A DNA stretch of 63,977 bases, filler included, from Chiloscyllium plagiosum (Eukaryota): assembly GCF_004010195.1 (NCBI RefSeq). It is 6 parts of one record of this genome, joined end to end, with 100 filler letters (N's around TTAATTAATTAA, not from the genome) between each part and the next. Parts side by side here need not be neighbours in the genome. Positions count along the whole stretch, not along the records: positions 20,216 to 41,615 come from NC_057717.1; positions 41,716 to 49,080 come from NC_057717.1; positions 49,181 to 55,491 come from NC_057717.1; 3 more parts are not named here. One strand, written 5' to 3'. The stretch's first letter is position 1, and each line of letters opens with the position of its first letter. The position numbers and the translations under genes were made by a program. Positions 38,411-52,535 of this stretch are shown here, piece by piece. A model generated the notes under the pieces. The model had not been told where the DNA came from and did no database searches. It saw only the letters and a program-made list of their open reading frames with translations.

Positions 38411-39409
38411 CTTTTCATATTACGCTATCTGACATGCAGTATTTGTTTTCCTGGAGGTCGCGTTGTAAAATGTTGTGTTGAGGGTGATCAGAATGCCTGT
38501 TAAACTAAGCCTATATATTTCTGGATGATACGTATACATTGAATCTTAGCCCGCAGTATGACCAAAAAATGAGTAGAAGTTGCAGAGGGAGGAAACTCTG
38601 CAAAGCGGGATGTGTTAGTCTTTTGCTGGCCAGCATTTGTTTCCCAAGCAAAGTTTCTCGTCTACAGGACATGGTACAGAACAGTCTATAGACGCTCTGA
38701 AAGTTTATCCCTTGTTTCGATGCACAGCTTCGATCTCTATTGCACATGAAGCAGATTCTAAGGCTAAACAATACAGAGGCAATTAGGACCGAGGACCAGG
38801 AGTAGATTATTTGACGATTTGACGAATTTCATTCAGTCATTTAGACAATGGCTCTTCCGTTTGTTGGCTTAGCCCTATCGTTCTGTCTATCCATGTTATC
38901 CAGGTTTCGCTCATCAGACAAAAAATGACTGAGCTTCAAAAAACTTTGAAGACACAGAATTTGTAAGACACAGAATTCTACATTCCAAAGATCATTACCA
39001 CATATTCTTCAAAACTGTCTGACAGAATTTTGGAATGATTAATCTTTCCTTTTCTATACACATCCACTAAACAAAAAAAAAAATCTTTGAAGTAAAATGT
39101 CCTGTGACATGGCCACAAACATGCCCAGAGACTGTTGGAAAATCACAAGCCTAACAGCATCCGTGCAGAGAAACCAGAGTGACCTTTTCAGGTCCAGAGA
39201 CCAGTCTACTGAACAGAGTAGTGTTACACCAAATTATATGACGGTGTCAGGTTCAGTGCGAAGAACAAGTCAGCCAGATTTCATTCATCAGTAGTACATA
39301 ACTAGTTTATTATGCATATCACCTTCCTCAACAAATGTGCAAAGATATCTGATGAACATTTTTCAAATATGCAAGCATGCTGATAAATATAAAATTCTAT
39401 AAATACTGG

Positions 39410-39692
39410 AACATCTGCGCACACTGACACGACATAGAGAGCCAATCTGACACAGACCCGTTCACATTTGTTCAAACACATTCTGACAAAGACAGTCAGA
39501 CACACACACACATACTGGCACAGATACACATACCCGAGCAGATGCAGACAAGCACATTAACACACTTCGACATAGATAGAGACAAACACAGACACACTGA
39601 TGCACACAGGCACCCTAAAGCAGCCACGCACACACAGTTACACGCACGCACATACAAATACACACACACACACGTGCCAGTACAAGCACAGA
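39410..39692 (+). repeat. CA-rich low-complexity repeat
   Basis: Runs of cacacacaca, gacaca and cacgcacgca. Confidence 0.8.
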
Positions 39693-40149
39693 CATGAAAA
39701 TTCCAAGCAGTGCTTACTTGAAGCTATTTATCGAAGTAAGGACAAAGTACTGACAAAAGGAAAAATGTCAGATTGTCACGAATGCCAGTAGAATGTTATT
39801 AATTTCGGACAATATATTGACTGTGCGGGATTCATTCTCGGACAGCTACATTCGGTTCACCTCCCCTTTGGCCAAATGGTAGGGCGATTTCAATGAAACA
39901 TCATCGGACTCATTAAGAATTTCCAACAACATGACATGTTTTCAGCTCACCGACGTTGCTGTCAAGAGTAACAAAGAAAGAAAGAGAGCACATTCGATTG
40001 TTGTTACTCTGCTCAGTCGCATTTTCTTTCTCTCTGAGTTGAAACACACCATCGTGTGATTTGATCCCAAAAGTCGATCAAATGAATATTCTCCATTCTG
40101 TATCACTCTATCGCAGCTCCTTCCTCCATGCCAGTGCATCATAATTGCT

Positions 40150-40980
40150 GTGTTTCACGGTGCTATTTCTTTTGACAGCAAGAAAATCCCCTCTTTTAAA
40201 CTGAAATTTAAGTTTCTGTGTCTCTTTTTAAAGCGAATGTCCTCGTGGTGTCTGTGATAAAATGAAAGCATGCTATTCTAAATCCAGCTGTAAAATGCTC
40301 CGCATTAGCTTAAATGTTCCAAGAAGATGATCTCTTAATCTAAGTTCTAAAATGCTAATCTTTCAAAGCAGAAGGTCTCCTTTTCTGGAACGAGTTAAAA
40401 GAAACATCCTCGCGAAGCCTTTTCAGAAATTACATGCTTTTGTATTTGAGGAGATAACACCTGCACACCATCTCACCACTGATCTGTATAAATTCAGAAA
40501 AAAAACACCCCTATGTTTAAGTTCAATACCTTTTGCACAAACAGCATGCTTCCTTTAAGGTTTCTGGCAATTTTCTGCATCTGTATTCCAATTTTTCGTG
40601 ACCCATGTACTAGTCCCTTCATGTCACCGGATTCTCCAAACTCTCTTCTATAAACTGCTCAGTTTACTCTTCTTTTATACTTTCTGTCAAAATGAACCCT
40701 TTCCATAATTCACATTGTACTGTTTTGGCTCAATGTTAGCTCAGGTATTTGCCAGTTCTGCATCACGTTTCATATTCTCTACTTCCAACTGACAATTTAG
40801 TTAATGACTTCCTCCTTGTGTTAGCAAATTGAGGTCCAGCCCATGCATTTCTCTGATCCACGTGATCGACACAGACGGTAAATAGCTGATGATCCATCCT
40901 TAGAAGCCATCCAATAGTTACATCCACCCGTCACAATTTAACTATTTATCGCATTTTTTTTCTGGTTGCTAACCAGGTCT
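40150..40980 (-). mobile_element. Old CR1 3' remnant
   Basis: Degenerate similarity to the reverse-complemented CR1 RT-to-3' ends elsewhere in the window. Confidence 0.45.
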
Positions 40981-43663
40981 CCGCCTTCCTATGGAGAAGC
41001 TGAGAAGAGTTGAATGGTCTCTTCCTTTTTTGTGTAACTGTTTGGAAGGTCTGAATCATCTTTCCCTCTCTCATTCTAAATTCCAGACTGCTCGGGTGAC
41101 ATCACCTTGTGCCTCAATAACAGCCGCAAGAGGCTGAGTCAGACAATATGACATGAGGTGGAAGCGGTCATCAATAATTCGATCCAACAAGCCTATTCCA
41201 CAACTTGGAAACATGCTGGTTGATGAAATGGTGGCCGAACAATCACGCCCTGTCTGTTTCCATTCACAGGTCGATCGAACATATATCTGGCACAACCTTG
41301 AAAATCTTCAGTAACCTTCACTGCTCCCTGAATTAAAAATGGCCAACAAACAGCGCAGCATTCTGGATAAGGAAAAAACACTGATTTCCAACTTCACTGG
41401 GAAAACCCTTATTATTAATGAATGATCCGTAACCTCATACCTCTTCATTTTAATGGCAAAAGGCAAACAATTGTTGACCTTGCAGCTCCTCCAACCTTTC
41501 CATCATAACCGTTGACTTTCTCAGCAACCAAACATCTAAAATTATGCAGTCTTCGCTGATATCTATGGAAGACGTTGCTTTATACCTCCTTGTCTCACCG
41601 GCACATAAACAAACANNNNNNNNNNNNNNNNNNNNNNNNNNNNNNNNNNNNNNNNNNNNTTAATTAATTAANNNNNNNNNNNNNNNNNNNNNNNNNNNNN
41701 NNNNNNNNNNNNNNNCTTCAATACTGATAAACCTTATTACAGGTTCTCATCCAACCATGGCCGATGGGGAAGTGACCAGGAGAGTTTGTATAAACTGGGA
41801 AAGAAATCAATGTCACTGGGTCCATGAGATAAAGATCAAAAACTGCAGCAGTTACTTTGTTTATCAATTGAAGGCGTTGCATCATTGTGCTGCCTACTGC
41901 ACAGGTACAGTTCTCTTTTTACGTTACTCACAAGGGCAACTTTGGGGTGTCTCACTCCACCAAGAAAATATCATTTCAATGACTTTGGAAATAGTTTGAA
42001 CTTTCAATCACTGAGTGGTTGATAACTTTTGAAATACAATGTAAGAAAGTGAGCCGAGTTAATTGAAAATAGCAAGAGAACATAATGTAGTTGGGAAGTC
42101 ACTGCTCTCAGACAAGACGTAAATAAAATGTTACAATCAGCCACTGCAGCACGGAATGATTGGCAATGTGAAAGCTCCTCCCTGTCTTAATTATGAAAGG
42201 AAACAATCCAAAGAAACAGGATGCTGGTTTCCAAGGCATAACATCCAACTTCTTTCAGTCGAAGCACTCCTCTCCCTTAAGCCATGAAATTCAATTCGCT
42301 TTAGTTCCTACATTCCAGCACATCTTAATCAATGCCTCACACTCCCCCGGTGAACATTTCTAACTTCCCTCAACTACAGTATCATGCTCACTATAGTAAC
42401 TACCTCACTCTGCAATCTGTTATGATGTCCCTCTCATGTCAGAAAACACATCCCAGTCCCTCAATCACTGCATCCCACTGCCCCGAGATATTGTATTACA
42501 TTTTTCACTGTCACTACATTGCACTCACTTGAGTCACCATGTTCTACTCCCATCCTCACTGCATCCATTTCATAAATGCAAGTTGGACCTGTTGGGCTGA
42601 GCTGTTTGTTTATGTGGTGTTAAATTCACTTTCCCAGCTACAGTACACTGTCAAAGTTTCAGTCTCTCATTTCTTGGTCTTAACACAGTACTGCCATTTA
42701 CTCAAAGGACACATCGAATCCTAATCTCCGAATCATAGTCTCATTCCCACATTCATTTGAGAACATTTCACAAATGCCACAGAGAATGTAGGATCTGAAA
42801 ATAAAATGAACGCCTCACAAGCAGGGATTTAAATGAATTTGTCCCCACTCGTTTAGTACAATTACTGCAGAGGCAAAAGATCTGATGGTGAATGTTTTTC
42901 TTTCAGTTATAGCGAGCAGAAGCAATTACTGCTGTCAATGTTTCTTCAGGAAAATCACAAAAGACATAGATTCGTATCTGGTATTAAATCCGGGAAAGGC
43001 ACTGTGCCTCGGCATTATATTTGTATCAGTTATTCGTGGGAAACTGGGTGGCTGACTGAGCCAGCATTTACTGGCCGGGCTTAATTGCCCTGGAGAAAGT
43101 GGAGATGCAACAGCTTCTTGATTAGTTCCAGTGTGTATGTAGGTGGATGATCCACAATGTCCATAGTGAGGGACTTCCAGCATTTTGACAGTGAAGGCAC
43201 AGCGATGCATTTCGAAGTAATGATGGTGATTGGGTGGGACATATTCTTGCAAGTTGTCTTGTCCCCATGTGTTTGCTTCCCATGGTCGTGTAGATGGAAG
43301 CAGCCGTGGGTTTGACAGGTGCTGTCTGAAGATCTTTAGTGAATTCTGCAGTGCATTTTGTAAGTAGTACAAACCGTGCTCCTGAATGTTGGTGGTGGAG
43401 AGACAGATGTTTGTGGATGTAATGCAAATCAAGAGGAATACTTGAGCGTTGTTGATGCTGCTTCCATCCTGAGTACCGCCTTGGAGGAGTCAGAACGTGA
43501 GTTCCTGCCGCAGAATTCCTAGCCTGGATTTATTGTTGCCACCTTTTAGTGACAAATCGATTTGAGTCACCCCAAGGATGCTAATAACGTTAAATTCAGT
43601 CATGGTAACGGAATTGAATCACAAGGAAAATGATGACGGTGTTACTTTTTGATGACTATCATT

Positions 43664-43929
43664 GAATCCCTACGGTGTGGAAGCTCATTGAGTCCACACC
43701 GCCTCTCCGAAGGTATCCCACACAAACCACACCCCAACCCAATGCCTCTAGTCCTAAATTTCCCATGGCTACTCTATCTAACCTTCACAGTTTTGGACTG
43801 TGGGAGGAAACCACGCAGACAGGGGACAATGCGCAATCACCACGCAAACAATTTCATGAGGCTGGAATTGAATCCAAGTCCCAGGCACTGTGAGGTAGCA
43901 GTGCGAAACACTGAACCACCGTTTCACCC
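43664..43929 (-). mobile_element. HE1-type tRNA-derived SINE (older copy)
   Basis: Minus-strand A box tggttcagtg, B box gattcaattcc, central tttcctcccacagtccaaa domain and a CR1-like tail. Confidence 0.8.
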
Positions 43930-44858
43930 TGATTCCTTGGTCATCTCTTGTCACTTGTGTGAGTGTTACTTACCACATGTCAGTCAAAACAGGGATATTA
44001 TTTAGATTTTCTTGCATTTGAATATGGACTGTTTCAATGTCTGAGGGGTCGCAAACAGAGCTGACCATTATGCAGTTATCTGTGAACATCCCATTTCTGA
44101 CATTAAAACGGTGGGAACGTAATTGATGAACATGTTGAGGATAGTTTTACCGAAAATTCTAACGCCAGGAAGCCCTGCAGTGACGCCACGAAGCTAAGAT
44201 GTTTGACCCCAAACCACAGAATAAAATTCTATATGACAGGTTTGATTCGAAGCAGTAGAATATTTGACCTTGATACCCATAAATCCCATTTTGCTCATGC
44301 TTCTGATGCCTCACTCATTCGAATGCAGCTTCAGTGTCAAGGTTTGACACTTGCGCCTCATCTCTGGAATTTTTCTCTTATCCAGTCTTGAACCAAAGCT
44401 GTAATGAGTGCAGGAGCTGAGTCTTTGTGGTGGAACTTAACTGGGCGTCACTGAGCGGGTTATTGCTGAGCAGGTGCTGCTTTATCTCACTGTTGATGAC
44501 ACCTTCTATCACTTTGCTAAAGATCGAGAGTTGACTGGTGCGATAGAAAATGAATATTTTGGATTTGTCCTGCATGTAGTGGATGAGACATAACTCGGAA
44601 ATTTTGTACACTGTAGTGTTCATGCCAGGTTTGGAATTGTTTTAAAAGAGCATGTCTAGAGTACGGCAAGTTTTGCAGTATATTTCTTCCGTTCTATTGC
44701 CGGAATAGTCTCAGAGCTCAGTAGCTTTGCAATATCCAATGTCTTCAACAGTATCTTTTCACTGCGCTGAGTAAATGCAAAGCCTGAAAACTTCTGTCTG
44801 TGATGTTGGGAATAATTGGAGGAGGCCAAGATGGTTAATTCACTTGGGAATGCTGATA

Positions 44859-45152
44859 TGAGATTCCCTACAGTATGGAAACAGGCCCTTCTGCCCAACA
44901 AATCCACACCAACTCTCCGAAGAGTATCCCACCACAACCCTACATTTACCCCTGATGAATACACCTAACACGATAGACAATCCAACATGGCCAATTCACC
45001 TGACCTGTACATGTTTGGATTGTGGGCGGCAACCCATACAGTTTCCTGAGAGAATGTGCAAACTCGACACAGACAGTTGCCTGAGGCAAGAATTGAACCC
45101 AGGTTCCTGGCGCTGTGAAGCAGCAGTGCTAATGACTGAGCCACCACGCCTC
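44859..45152 (-). mobile_element. HE1-type tRNA-derived SINE
   Basis: Minus strand tggctcagtcattagcactgctgc..gggttcaattc..ggcctgtttccatactgtagggaatct. Confidence 0.88.
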
Positions 45153-46499
45153 AACCGTTTCATACTAGTGTCTTCAACTGTGTTGTGCTTTTCCATCATT
45201 TAGGATGGGGGTATTTGTGGCTCCTCCTGCAATGCGTTGTTACGTAAAAACACCATTCACTGCATGTGGTACTTCTGATCCATTGTTTATGGGATCGCTT
45301 CCCTCGTCACTGTGGTTGCCTCAACCTACCTATACCATTGTTCGTTTTCCTCAGTTTGAATCTCTGCTGTGTCTCCTGAATTACTCCCAGAGTCTCCCGC
45401 CATTGTTGTTTCACTGCCTTTCATGCTGGGCTCATCTACCAGTCAATTCTACCTCGCTCATCCCTCCCTTGAAGTAGCTGTGTTTTGCAGCTTCATTTTG
45501 TTGATGCGACATTTTTGTGTATGCTTGGTGCTACTCCGGCTGTACCCTCCTGCACAAGTTTGATTCCATCATTTTATTTTAAGGTTTGAGTGGGGAGTAT
45601 GCTCAACAATATGTTGCCGATTTTGATGGAAGACAATTTTGTTGCTGTTGATCTCCGACCGGGCTTCATCGAAACTGAAATTGCTAGATCTGCTTGAAGT
45701 CTGTCTCATTTAGCGTGGTGACAGTGCCAGATAACACATTTGGATGGTTTTTAAGTTCGTCTCGCCAAGAACTATGCGGTAGTGACTCTTGACAATATTT
45801 TCTTGTGCAGATGCATCTGCAGTCGGCATAGTGATAAGGATGAAAGCAAATGTATTTCACCCCCTCACCATCTGTCATGGCCCCATTCTAGCAGCTTTAC
45901 CTTTAGGACCCGAACAGGTCGATCAACAGTGCTACTGCTAACACACTATCGGTGTTGAATATTGCAATTCCCCACACATCCATTGTACATTTTGCGTACT
46001 TGCCTGACTTGATGCTTATCCCATACATTGTGCAGTATGTAGCAGTCCTGATTCCTCAGTTGTGGTAATCAGCATAAGTTTTCTTAATCATGTTTAATCT
46101 GACGTCAGAAGATGGTAAGGGACTCGTGTCCATGCAGAGGACTTCTAGGTGAAATTCATTCTGATTTTAGGCCACTGTGCTAGGACTGTCCTGCAAGTGG
46201 GACTGGACATATCTATGATGGCGGTGGTGACATCTGGTTAATTGTCTCCACGGTCGACGATGGAAGCAAAATTAGGCTAATAACGGACTAATCTGTGAAA
46301 TACCTTTGGCAAATTTATCACTATCGTCAGATATTAGTAAGGAGCACTTTGCAGGGTGACAGGGCTTATTGGACCATCATCTTTCCCAGTGCTTCGTTCG
46401 ATGCCAGGCGATCCATCTGGATTTGTTTCTTTGTTGAAACGCCGAAGCGATTGGTGCAACAGGATAGCTTGCTAGGCCATTTCAGATGGTATGAACGTC

Positions 46500-46770
46500 A
46501 AGAACGTTGCTGTCGGTCTGTACTCACTTGCAGTTCAGAGCAGATGAAGTGTCCTTCCCTGAAATAGATTACTTAGCCAGTGGCGTCATTTTTTTTTCAG
46601 CAAATGCACATGGATTCATGGCAATCAGTAGATTCTTCAGGCCAGATATGTTACTTTGCATCGAATTACAATTTCACCATTTGCAGTTTGAAGACTTGAA
46701 AACAGGTCCCCAGAGTGTTCGCTGAGTCTCTGGATTTCTAACTCAGTGAAAATACCACTGGGCTCTTGCC
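46500..46770 (-). mobile_element. Second tRNA-derived SINE family, decayed
   Basis: Minus strand cagtggtattttcactgagttagaaatccagagac..ggggacctgttttcaagtc has pol III box-like spacing; recalled as a common shark SINE. Confidence 0.55.
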
Positions 46771-47019
46771 TCCATGAAATACGTGGCACGCTGGGAATTA
46801 TTGGGAAATATCTGAATTAAAGAGTTCCATCTTTGAATCATTCTTATACTGTGTCTCCATTCCTTCGGATCCAAACACTGCTGAACATGACAACAACGTG
46901 ACATATTCAACTCAGAAACCGACAGAAGGTTCTTCACCAAACAGAGCAGTGATGGCAGAAACAGGTAACAGTGACGCTGAGAAGTATTCTTTACACAAAA
47001 GCAATTAATACACGCATAG

Positions 47020-49080
47020 TTATGTGCCAGGTGGTTTAGGCGGGACAGAAATGGTGGATAAAATGGAGTGGGATTTGCATTTTTGTATAAGGCGAATATC
47101 ATCGCAGTAATCAGAGATTAAATAACTGAGGGATCACACAGTGAGGCTTTGTGGGTGGAGTAGAGAAATAAGACGGGGATGGTGACATTACTGGGGTTGA
47201 ATTTAAGGTCCCCAATTACTCAATGGCAATTAGAGGAACAAAAATGCCGGGATATTGTGGTACTTGCAGGAGCAATTGGATTGCTGTAGTCGGAGATTTT
47301 AATTTTTCTGACATAGACTGGGACTCCCATAGTGTTTACTGTTAGATGGGGTGGAATTTGTTAAATGCGTTCAGAAAACATTTCAAAATCTGTATACAGA
47401 GGTCCGACTCGGGAAGGGACAAATCTTGACCGACTCTTGGGAAATAAGGCAGGACAGCATAACTAAAGTGACAGAGATGGAACCCTATGGGACCAGTAAC
47501 CATCGTTCTATTGACCTTAAAACTGTTTATTAAGAAGGATGAAACAGGTACCCAGAATCAAGTTTTAAATTGGGGCAAGCCGAATTTTGATGGAATTACA
47601 CAGGAGTTGCAAGAGTTGATTCGAGTAGTTTGTTTGCAGGGAAAGGCAAGCGGAAGGCCTTTCAAGTGCGATAGTTAGAGTACAAGATCTATATGTTTCT
47701 TTGAAGGTGAAGGGCAAGATTTGTAGGAATAAGGAACCATGGAAGCCAAGATATATTGAGACTTTTACCAGAAAAAAGGACATGGCTCAGTTGCAAGCAG
47801 CTGGAATCAAGGGAATTCCTAGAAGGATATAGGAGAAACAGGAGTTTACTGAGGAGAGAAATCATGAGGGCGAAAGTGGGCACGAAATAGCCGTGGGTGA
47901 GTCGGTTACGGAGAAACCAAAGAGGTTCCTTAAGTATATCAAAGGAAAAAGAATAACTAGAGAGAGAATAGGACTCATCGAGGAGCATAGTGGATATGTA
48001 TATTTGGAAGTGCCAGAGATGGACAACGTCCTCAATGAATACATCTTCTTTATGTTTATGGTGGAGAAAGAGTTTGGAACTGAGCGAAATTAGCGGTCAT
48101 ATCTTGGGGACATTCCTTCTCAGCACAGAGGTAATATTGTACGCGGTATAATGTGTGAAGGCGGATCAAACTTCTGGTCCTGACAAAATATACGCAAGAA
48201 GAATTCAAGAGACCAGAGAAGAAATTTCGGGCGACCCAGCTGGCAGTCCCAGTCTATGTCAGTCATGGGTGAGGTCACGGATGACTCGAGGGTAACGAAT
48301 GTCGTACTCTGTTTCAACAAGGACTGCAAATAAAAACCTGGGAACTATAGACCAACAATCCTAACATCTGGTGTACATAAGTTACTTGAGAAAATTCTGG
48401 GAGGTAATGTATACATGAATTTGGAAAGGCAGGGTTTGATTAGGAGTCATCAGCATGGTGTTATGCGTGGGAGATCATGCCTCACAAATTTGTTGAGTTC
48501 TTTGATAAATTAACCAGGAAGGTTGACGATGATAAGGCATATAACCTTGTCAATATTGATTTCAGCCAGGTCTTTCATAAGGTCCCACTTGCTAGGCTGC
48601 TCTGGAAAGTTAGATTGCAAGGAACCTCGAGGAAGCTGGCAATTTGATGCACACTTGTCTTCATGATAGAAAGCAGACCATAATAGTGGAAGGATGCCCT
48701 TCCGACTGGAGGCCCGTGAATCGTGGAAGGCCTCAGGGGTTGGTGCTGGGCCCAATCCTGACTGTTATCTATATTAATGCTTTGGATGAGAATGTACCAA
48801 CCATGATTAGTAAGTTTCCAGATGACACTAAAACGGACAATGAGGATGTTTAGCAACAGAACCTGAAACATCCGCGGAAGTGGGCTCAGAAATGGAAAAT
48901 GGAGTTTAATATAGAGAAGTGTGTGGTGTTGCATTTTGGAAAATCAAATCAATGTTGGATTTTCGTGGTGAATGGTAGGGCCTTAAGGAGTGCAGTGAAA
49001 CAGAGGGACCTTGGGGTTCAAGTGCACGATTCTCTGAAAGTTTACTCACAGGTAGACAGGGCGTTGAACAATGTTTTGGG
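47020..49080 (+). mobile_element. CR1 ORF2 remnant (APE-RT), cut by a gap
   Basis: VGDFNF.DIDW (~47290), KPKRFLKYIKGKRITRERIG, RPQGLVLGPILTVIYINALD..ISKFPDDTK and MEFNIEKCVVLHFG. Confidence 0.92.
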
Positions 49081-49181
49081 NNNNNNNNNNNNNNNNNNNN
49101 NNNNNNNNNNNNNNNNNNNNNNNNTTAATTAATTAANNNNNNNNNNNNNNNNNNNNNNNNNNNNNNNNNNNNNNNNNNNNT

Positions 49182-49391
49182 TGTGTTATTCCCTGCGTCC
49201 GGGGATTAACTCAACGACTGATCGAAACTGCCCTTACTAAGAGGGATGTTCCCTATGGGCAGGTTGATCGAATGAATCTCGAGATGGAACAACGTGAATC
49301 CCTCTTGGGCGGGGGTAGTATTAGAGACGGGCAGTTTGATGAACAAGGTCGGGAGTTATTAAACGCCCTGGAGAAGAAACTTACGGTTTAA
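49182..49391 (+). CDS. env: C-terminal tail of a second ERV env; partial, begins at a gap edge
   Basis: Open 69-codon frame CVIPCVRGLTQRLIETALTK..NALEKKLTV*, homologous to CIIPCIRGLTQKLIETALMK of the first ERV. Followed by a PPT-like aagaaaagacacggggga. Confidence 0.8.
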   Translation, partial: CVIPCVRGLTQRLIETALTKRDVPYGQVDRMNLEMEQRESLLGGGSIRDGQFDEQGRELLNALEKKLTV

Positions 49392-49425
49392 AAATTACAG
49401 GTCGTAAGAAAAGACACGGGGGATT

Positions 49426-49913
49426 TGTAGGGGGTAGTGTAATTTTTAAACGGTTAGCTGCATTTTAGTCTTTTCTACCTTATAGTAAACACAAGCAGAC
49501 ACTCGAAACTGGTGCCGGACCTCCCCCATGTTTTTATGAATGGAACAATTGTAATAGCTTTCCTCGATAGCTGAGAGACCGCCCTTAACCACAGTTGTAC
49601 AACATCATCCATATAAGGAAAGAACGGGGAACTCGAACACTGATTGGCAAAGTGAGTAACAGGCACCAGAACACAAATAAGGAAAACAATGGGGAACCCG
49701 AGCACTCGTTGGTCAAGACAGCAGTAGGAGACCCAGCCCACATTTACGTGTATATAATGTGTGGAGATTATTATTAAGGGGTGTGTACCATTTTTCGCTC
49801 CCGACTTTGCAAAGTTGAATGAAAGGTTTTGGACAGACTACTCCGTGTCTTTGTTCCTGGGAAGGGAAATAAAAGTGCCGGAGATGGGGCTGGACAGCCG
49901 CATATCTCGCACA
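49426..49913 (+). repeat. 3' LTR of the second ERV
   Basis: Starts TG directly after the PPT, has AATAAA at 49868-49873, and ends ..ctcgcaca where Penelope sequence abruptly begins. Confidence 0.75.
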
Positions 49914-50910
49914 ATGTCATTTCCTGTTCTGTTTCTCAGAGGATAATAAGTGGGATAGCAATCGTTGGTTTTGTTGATAGAGTTCCTGTTGGAATGCCAC
50001 GCTTCTAGGAATCTCGTGAGTGTCTCTGTTTGGCTTGTCCGAGAATGGATATATTGTCCCAGTCGAAGTGGTGTCTTTCCTTATCTGTATGTATAGACAC
50101 TAGTGATAGTTGGGTATGTTTTTGGTGGCAAGGTGATATTCATGTATCCTGGAGGCTAGCTTTTCGCTTGTTTGTCCAAAACAGTCTTTCGCAAATGACG
50201 TTCATTTTGCTTGTTGACTGTATCCAGCCTTTCAAGTTCATTAGCTGCTGGTTTAGTGTGTTGGTGAGTTTTTGGGCTGCCATGATGCCAAATGAAGGTT
50301 CGGGCAGTCATTTCTAAGATGTGTTTAATGAAGGGGAGTGTGCCCAAGATTTCTGGGAGTGTTTTGTCTTCTTCTTTGGTTTAGTTGCTGAGACATCGAC
50401 GGACTGTGCTCATTGGGTACACATTCTTTTTGAATAGGGTGGAAGTGCGGTTTTCTCCTGCTGGTCGTAGTCCCTCTGTGCTGCAGTATGTGGTGGCTGG
50501 TTGGAATAATGTACTAATGCAGCTTCATTTGTGGAAGAAGAGGAAAACGTTTGGGAAAACCACAATAATGTACCATTCCTATATGTCACAGTAGAATGAA
50601 CAGTCTAAGGGGGAACTTCAAACCAACATCGACAGGAAAACAACATATACGGACCAAATACAGAAGGGAAGGAGCAATCATCCCAACATTAACACGAAGC
50701 TGCATTCAAACATTTTCTGAGAAAAAGCACGGGAAATGGCATCACCATAAGAAATGACATCACCAGCCCAAGGAAACCTCAGCACATAAAAAGAATGCGG
50801 TCCACAACTCCAGCGCTTCACCGGATGCTCACTGATGATGTTACCTCGTATGGTGACCTAACGTCTGAAAACGAACTTTGTCGCTCAGTGAGCAAACTTG
50901 CATCCAGTAA
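49914..50910. mobile_element. Penelope/Poseidon-type element with inverted structure
   Basis: Minus 49914-~50530 is homologous to the GIY-YIG region of 36160-36700. Plus ~50595-50910 ends in a pLTR with a degenerate hammerhead (CTGATGA at 50832, GAAA mutated to CTAA). Confidence 0.82.
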
Positions 50911-51049
50911 TCTCATGGGGATTGGAGAGTTTATCATGAAGGGACTACTTAACCAGTTCATGCTGCAAAAACAAGAAAGTAACTCACTTCCTGGCAATGG
51001 GCAAAACAACCAAATATTTACTACAACGGTTTGAGGCTATACTTCACAC

Positions 51050-52035
51050 ATATTAAGGCCATTAGGTCGCAGGAAGTATAAACAACAATGGACCATACTG
51101 CTTCTAGAGTTGACTCTGACATACATCAGGAGCATGAACGACCCAATACTGTTCACCTTCCATTCCTTGCCTTTCCCCGTAATGAATTATTGCCTTCGTG
51201 ATCAGAATCTATCTGCTTCAGCTTTAAATACAAGCGTGGTCTCTGTCCTGCAGCTTTCTGTGGCTAGGGGTGCCGAGACACAATCGTTTGTGAGAAGAAT
51301 TTCCATCTTATCTGAGTCTTAAAATGAATTGCCTTTATTTTGATCCAAAATTATTTGATGCTAGACTTTGCGATGACAGAAAACGCATTCTCAGCATTTA
51401 CCTCGTCAAGTCCCTTCAGAATTCTGCAAATGTCAATGACTTCACCTCTCATAATTATAAACTTCTAGGAGTAGATTCCCAACCGGTTTAGCTTTTGCAC
51501 ATTTACCAAATTCTTACACCGGTGTTGAGTATCTGAAAGTTTGTGAACTGTCTCTAAAGAACTAACATATTTTCTGAAAAGAAGGAGGCGGAAGTTGTTC
51601 ACAGTAATCCGGATGTGGTCCCACCAGCACTTTGCAGTAAATATTACATATTCTTCTAACAAAACCCTTTCGAAATTTGGGCCTAAATTCAATTAGTTTT
51701 CCTGATTATCTCTTGCACCTCTCTGTGCATTTCTATGTTTCATGAAGATGTATTCTCAAGCATTTATGAGCCCTGTTCTATTATTTTCATTTAAATAATT
51801 CAGCGTTTTCTGGTTCTTCCTTTCAACATGAAACCCTTTTTTTTCCATTTTTTATTCAATTGGACATTTGTTTTGACCACTTACATAATCCATCATTGCC
51901 TCTCTGTCGACGGGTCGTGAATTAGAATTTGCCTTGTCACCTGTTTTGTGTTGTCCGAAAATTTGGCAAAAGTGCTTTCCCTTTCCCTCCTGAAAATCAT
52001 TCATAAAGATTCCAAAACACGTGTAGTACCAGGGC
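51050..52035 (-). mobile_element. Old CR1 3' remnant
   Basis: LLEEYVIFTAKCWWDHIR..RKYVSSLETVHK (51465-51692) and FGIFMNDF..QIFGQHK next to the gap. Confidence 0.6.
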
Positions 52036-52535
52036 NNNNNNNNNNNNNNNNNNNNNNNNNNNNNNNNNNNNNNNNNNNNNNNNNNNNNNNNNNNNNNNNN
52101 NNNNNNNNNNNNNNNNNNNNNNNNNNNNNNNNNNNNNNNNNNNNNNNNNNNNNNNNNNNNNNNNNNNNNNNNNNNNNNNNNNNNNNNNNNNNNNNNNNNN
52201 NNNNNNNNNNNNNNNNNNNNNNNNNNNNNNNNNNNNNNNNNNNNNNNNNNNNNNNNNNNNNNNNNNNNNNNNNNNNNNNNNNNNNNNNNNNNNNNNNNNN
52301 NNNNNNNNNNNNNNNNNNNNNNNNNNNNNNNNNNNNNNNNNNNNNNNNNNNNNNNNNNNNNNNNNNNNNNNNNNNNNNNNNNNNNNNNNNNNNNNNNNNN
52401 NNNNNNNNNNNNNNNNNNNNNNNNNNNNNNNNNNNNNNNNNNNNNNNNNNNNNNNNNNNNNNNNNNNNNNNNNNNNNNNNNNNNNNNNNNNNNNNNNNNN
52501 NNNNNNNNNNNNNNNNNNNNNNNNNNNNNNNNNNN

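Larger units (their letters stand above)
43020..46400 (-). mobile_element. CR1/L2-group LINE (~3 kb remnant) carrying two SINE insertions
   Basis: LSIFSKVIEGVINSEIKQHLLSNNPLSDAQ (44378-44623) and LLKTLDIAKLLSSETIPA (44656-44964). The 3' tail is at ~43020. Confidence 0.8.

Noticed and set aside
50828..50870. Active hammerhead ribozyme
   Set aside because: GAAA is replaced by CTAA. The cores at ~35780-35812 and ~36748-36781 are also damaged.
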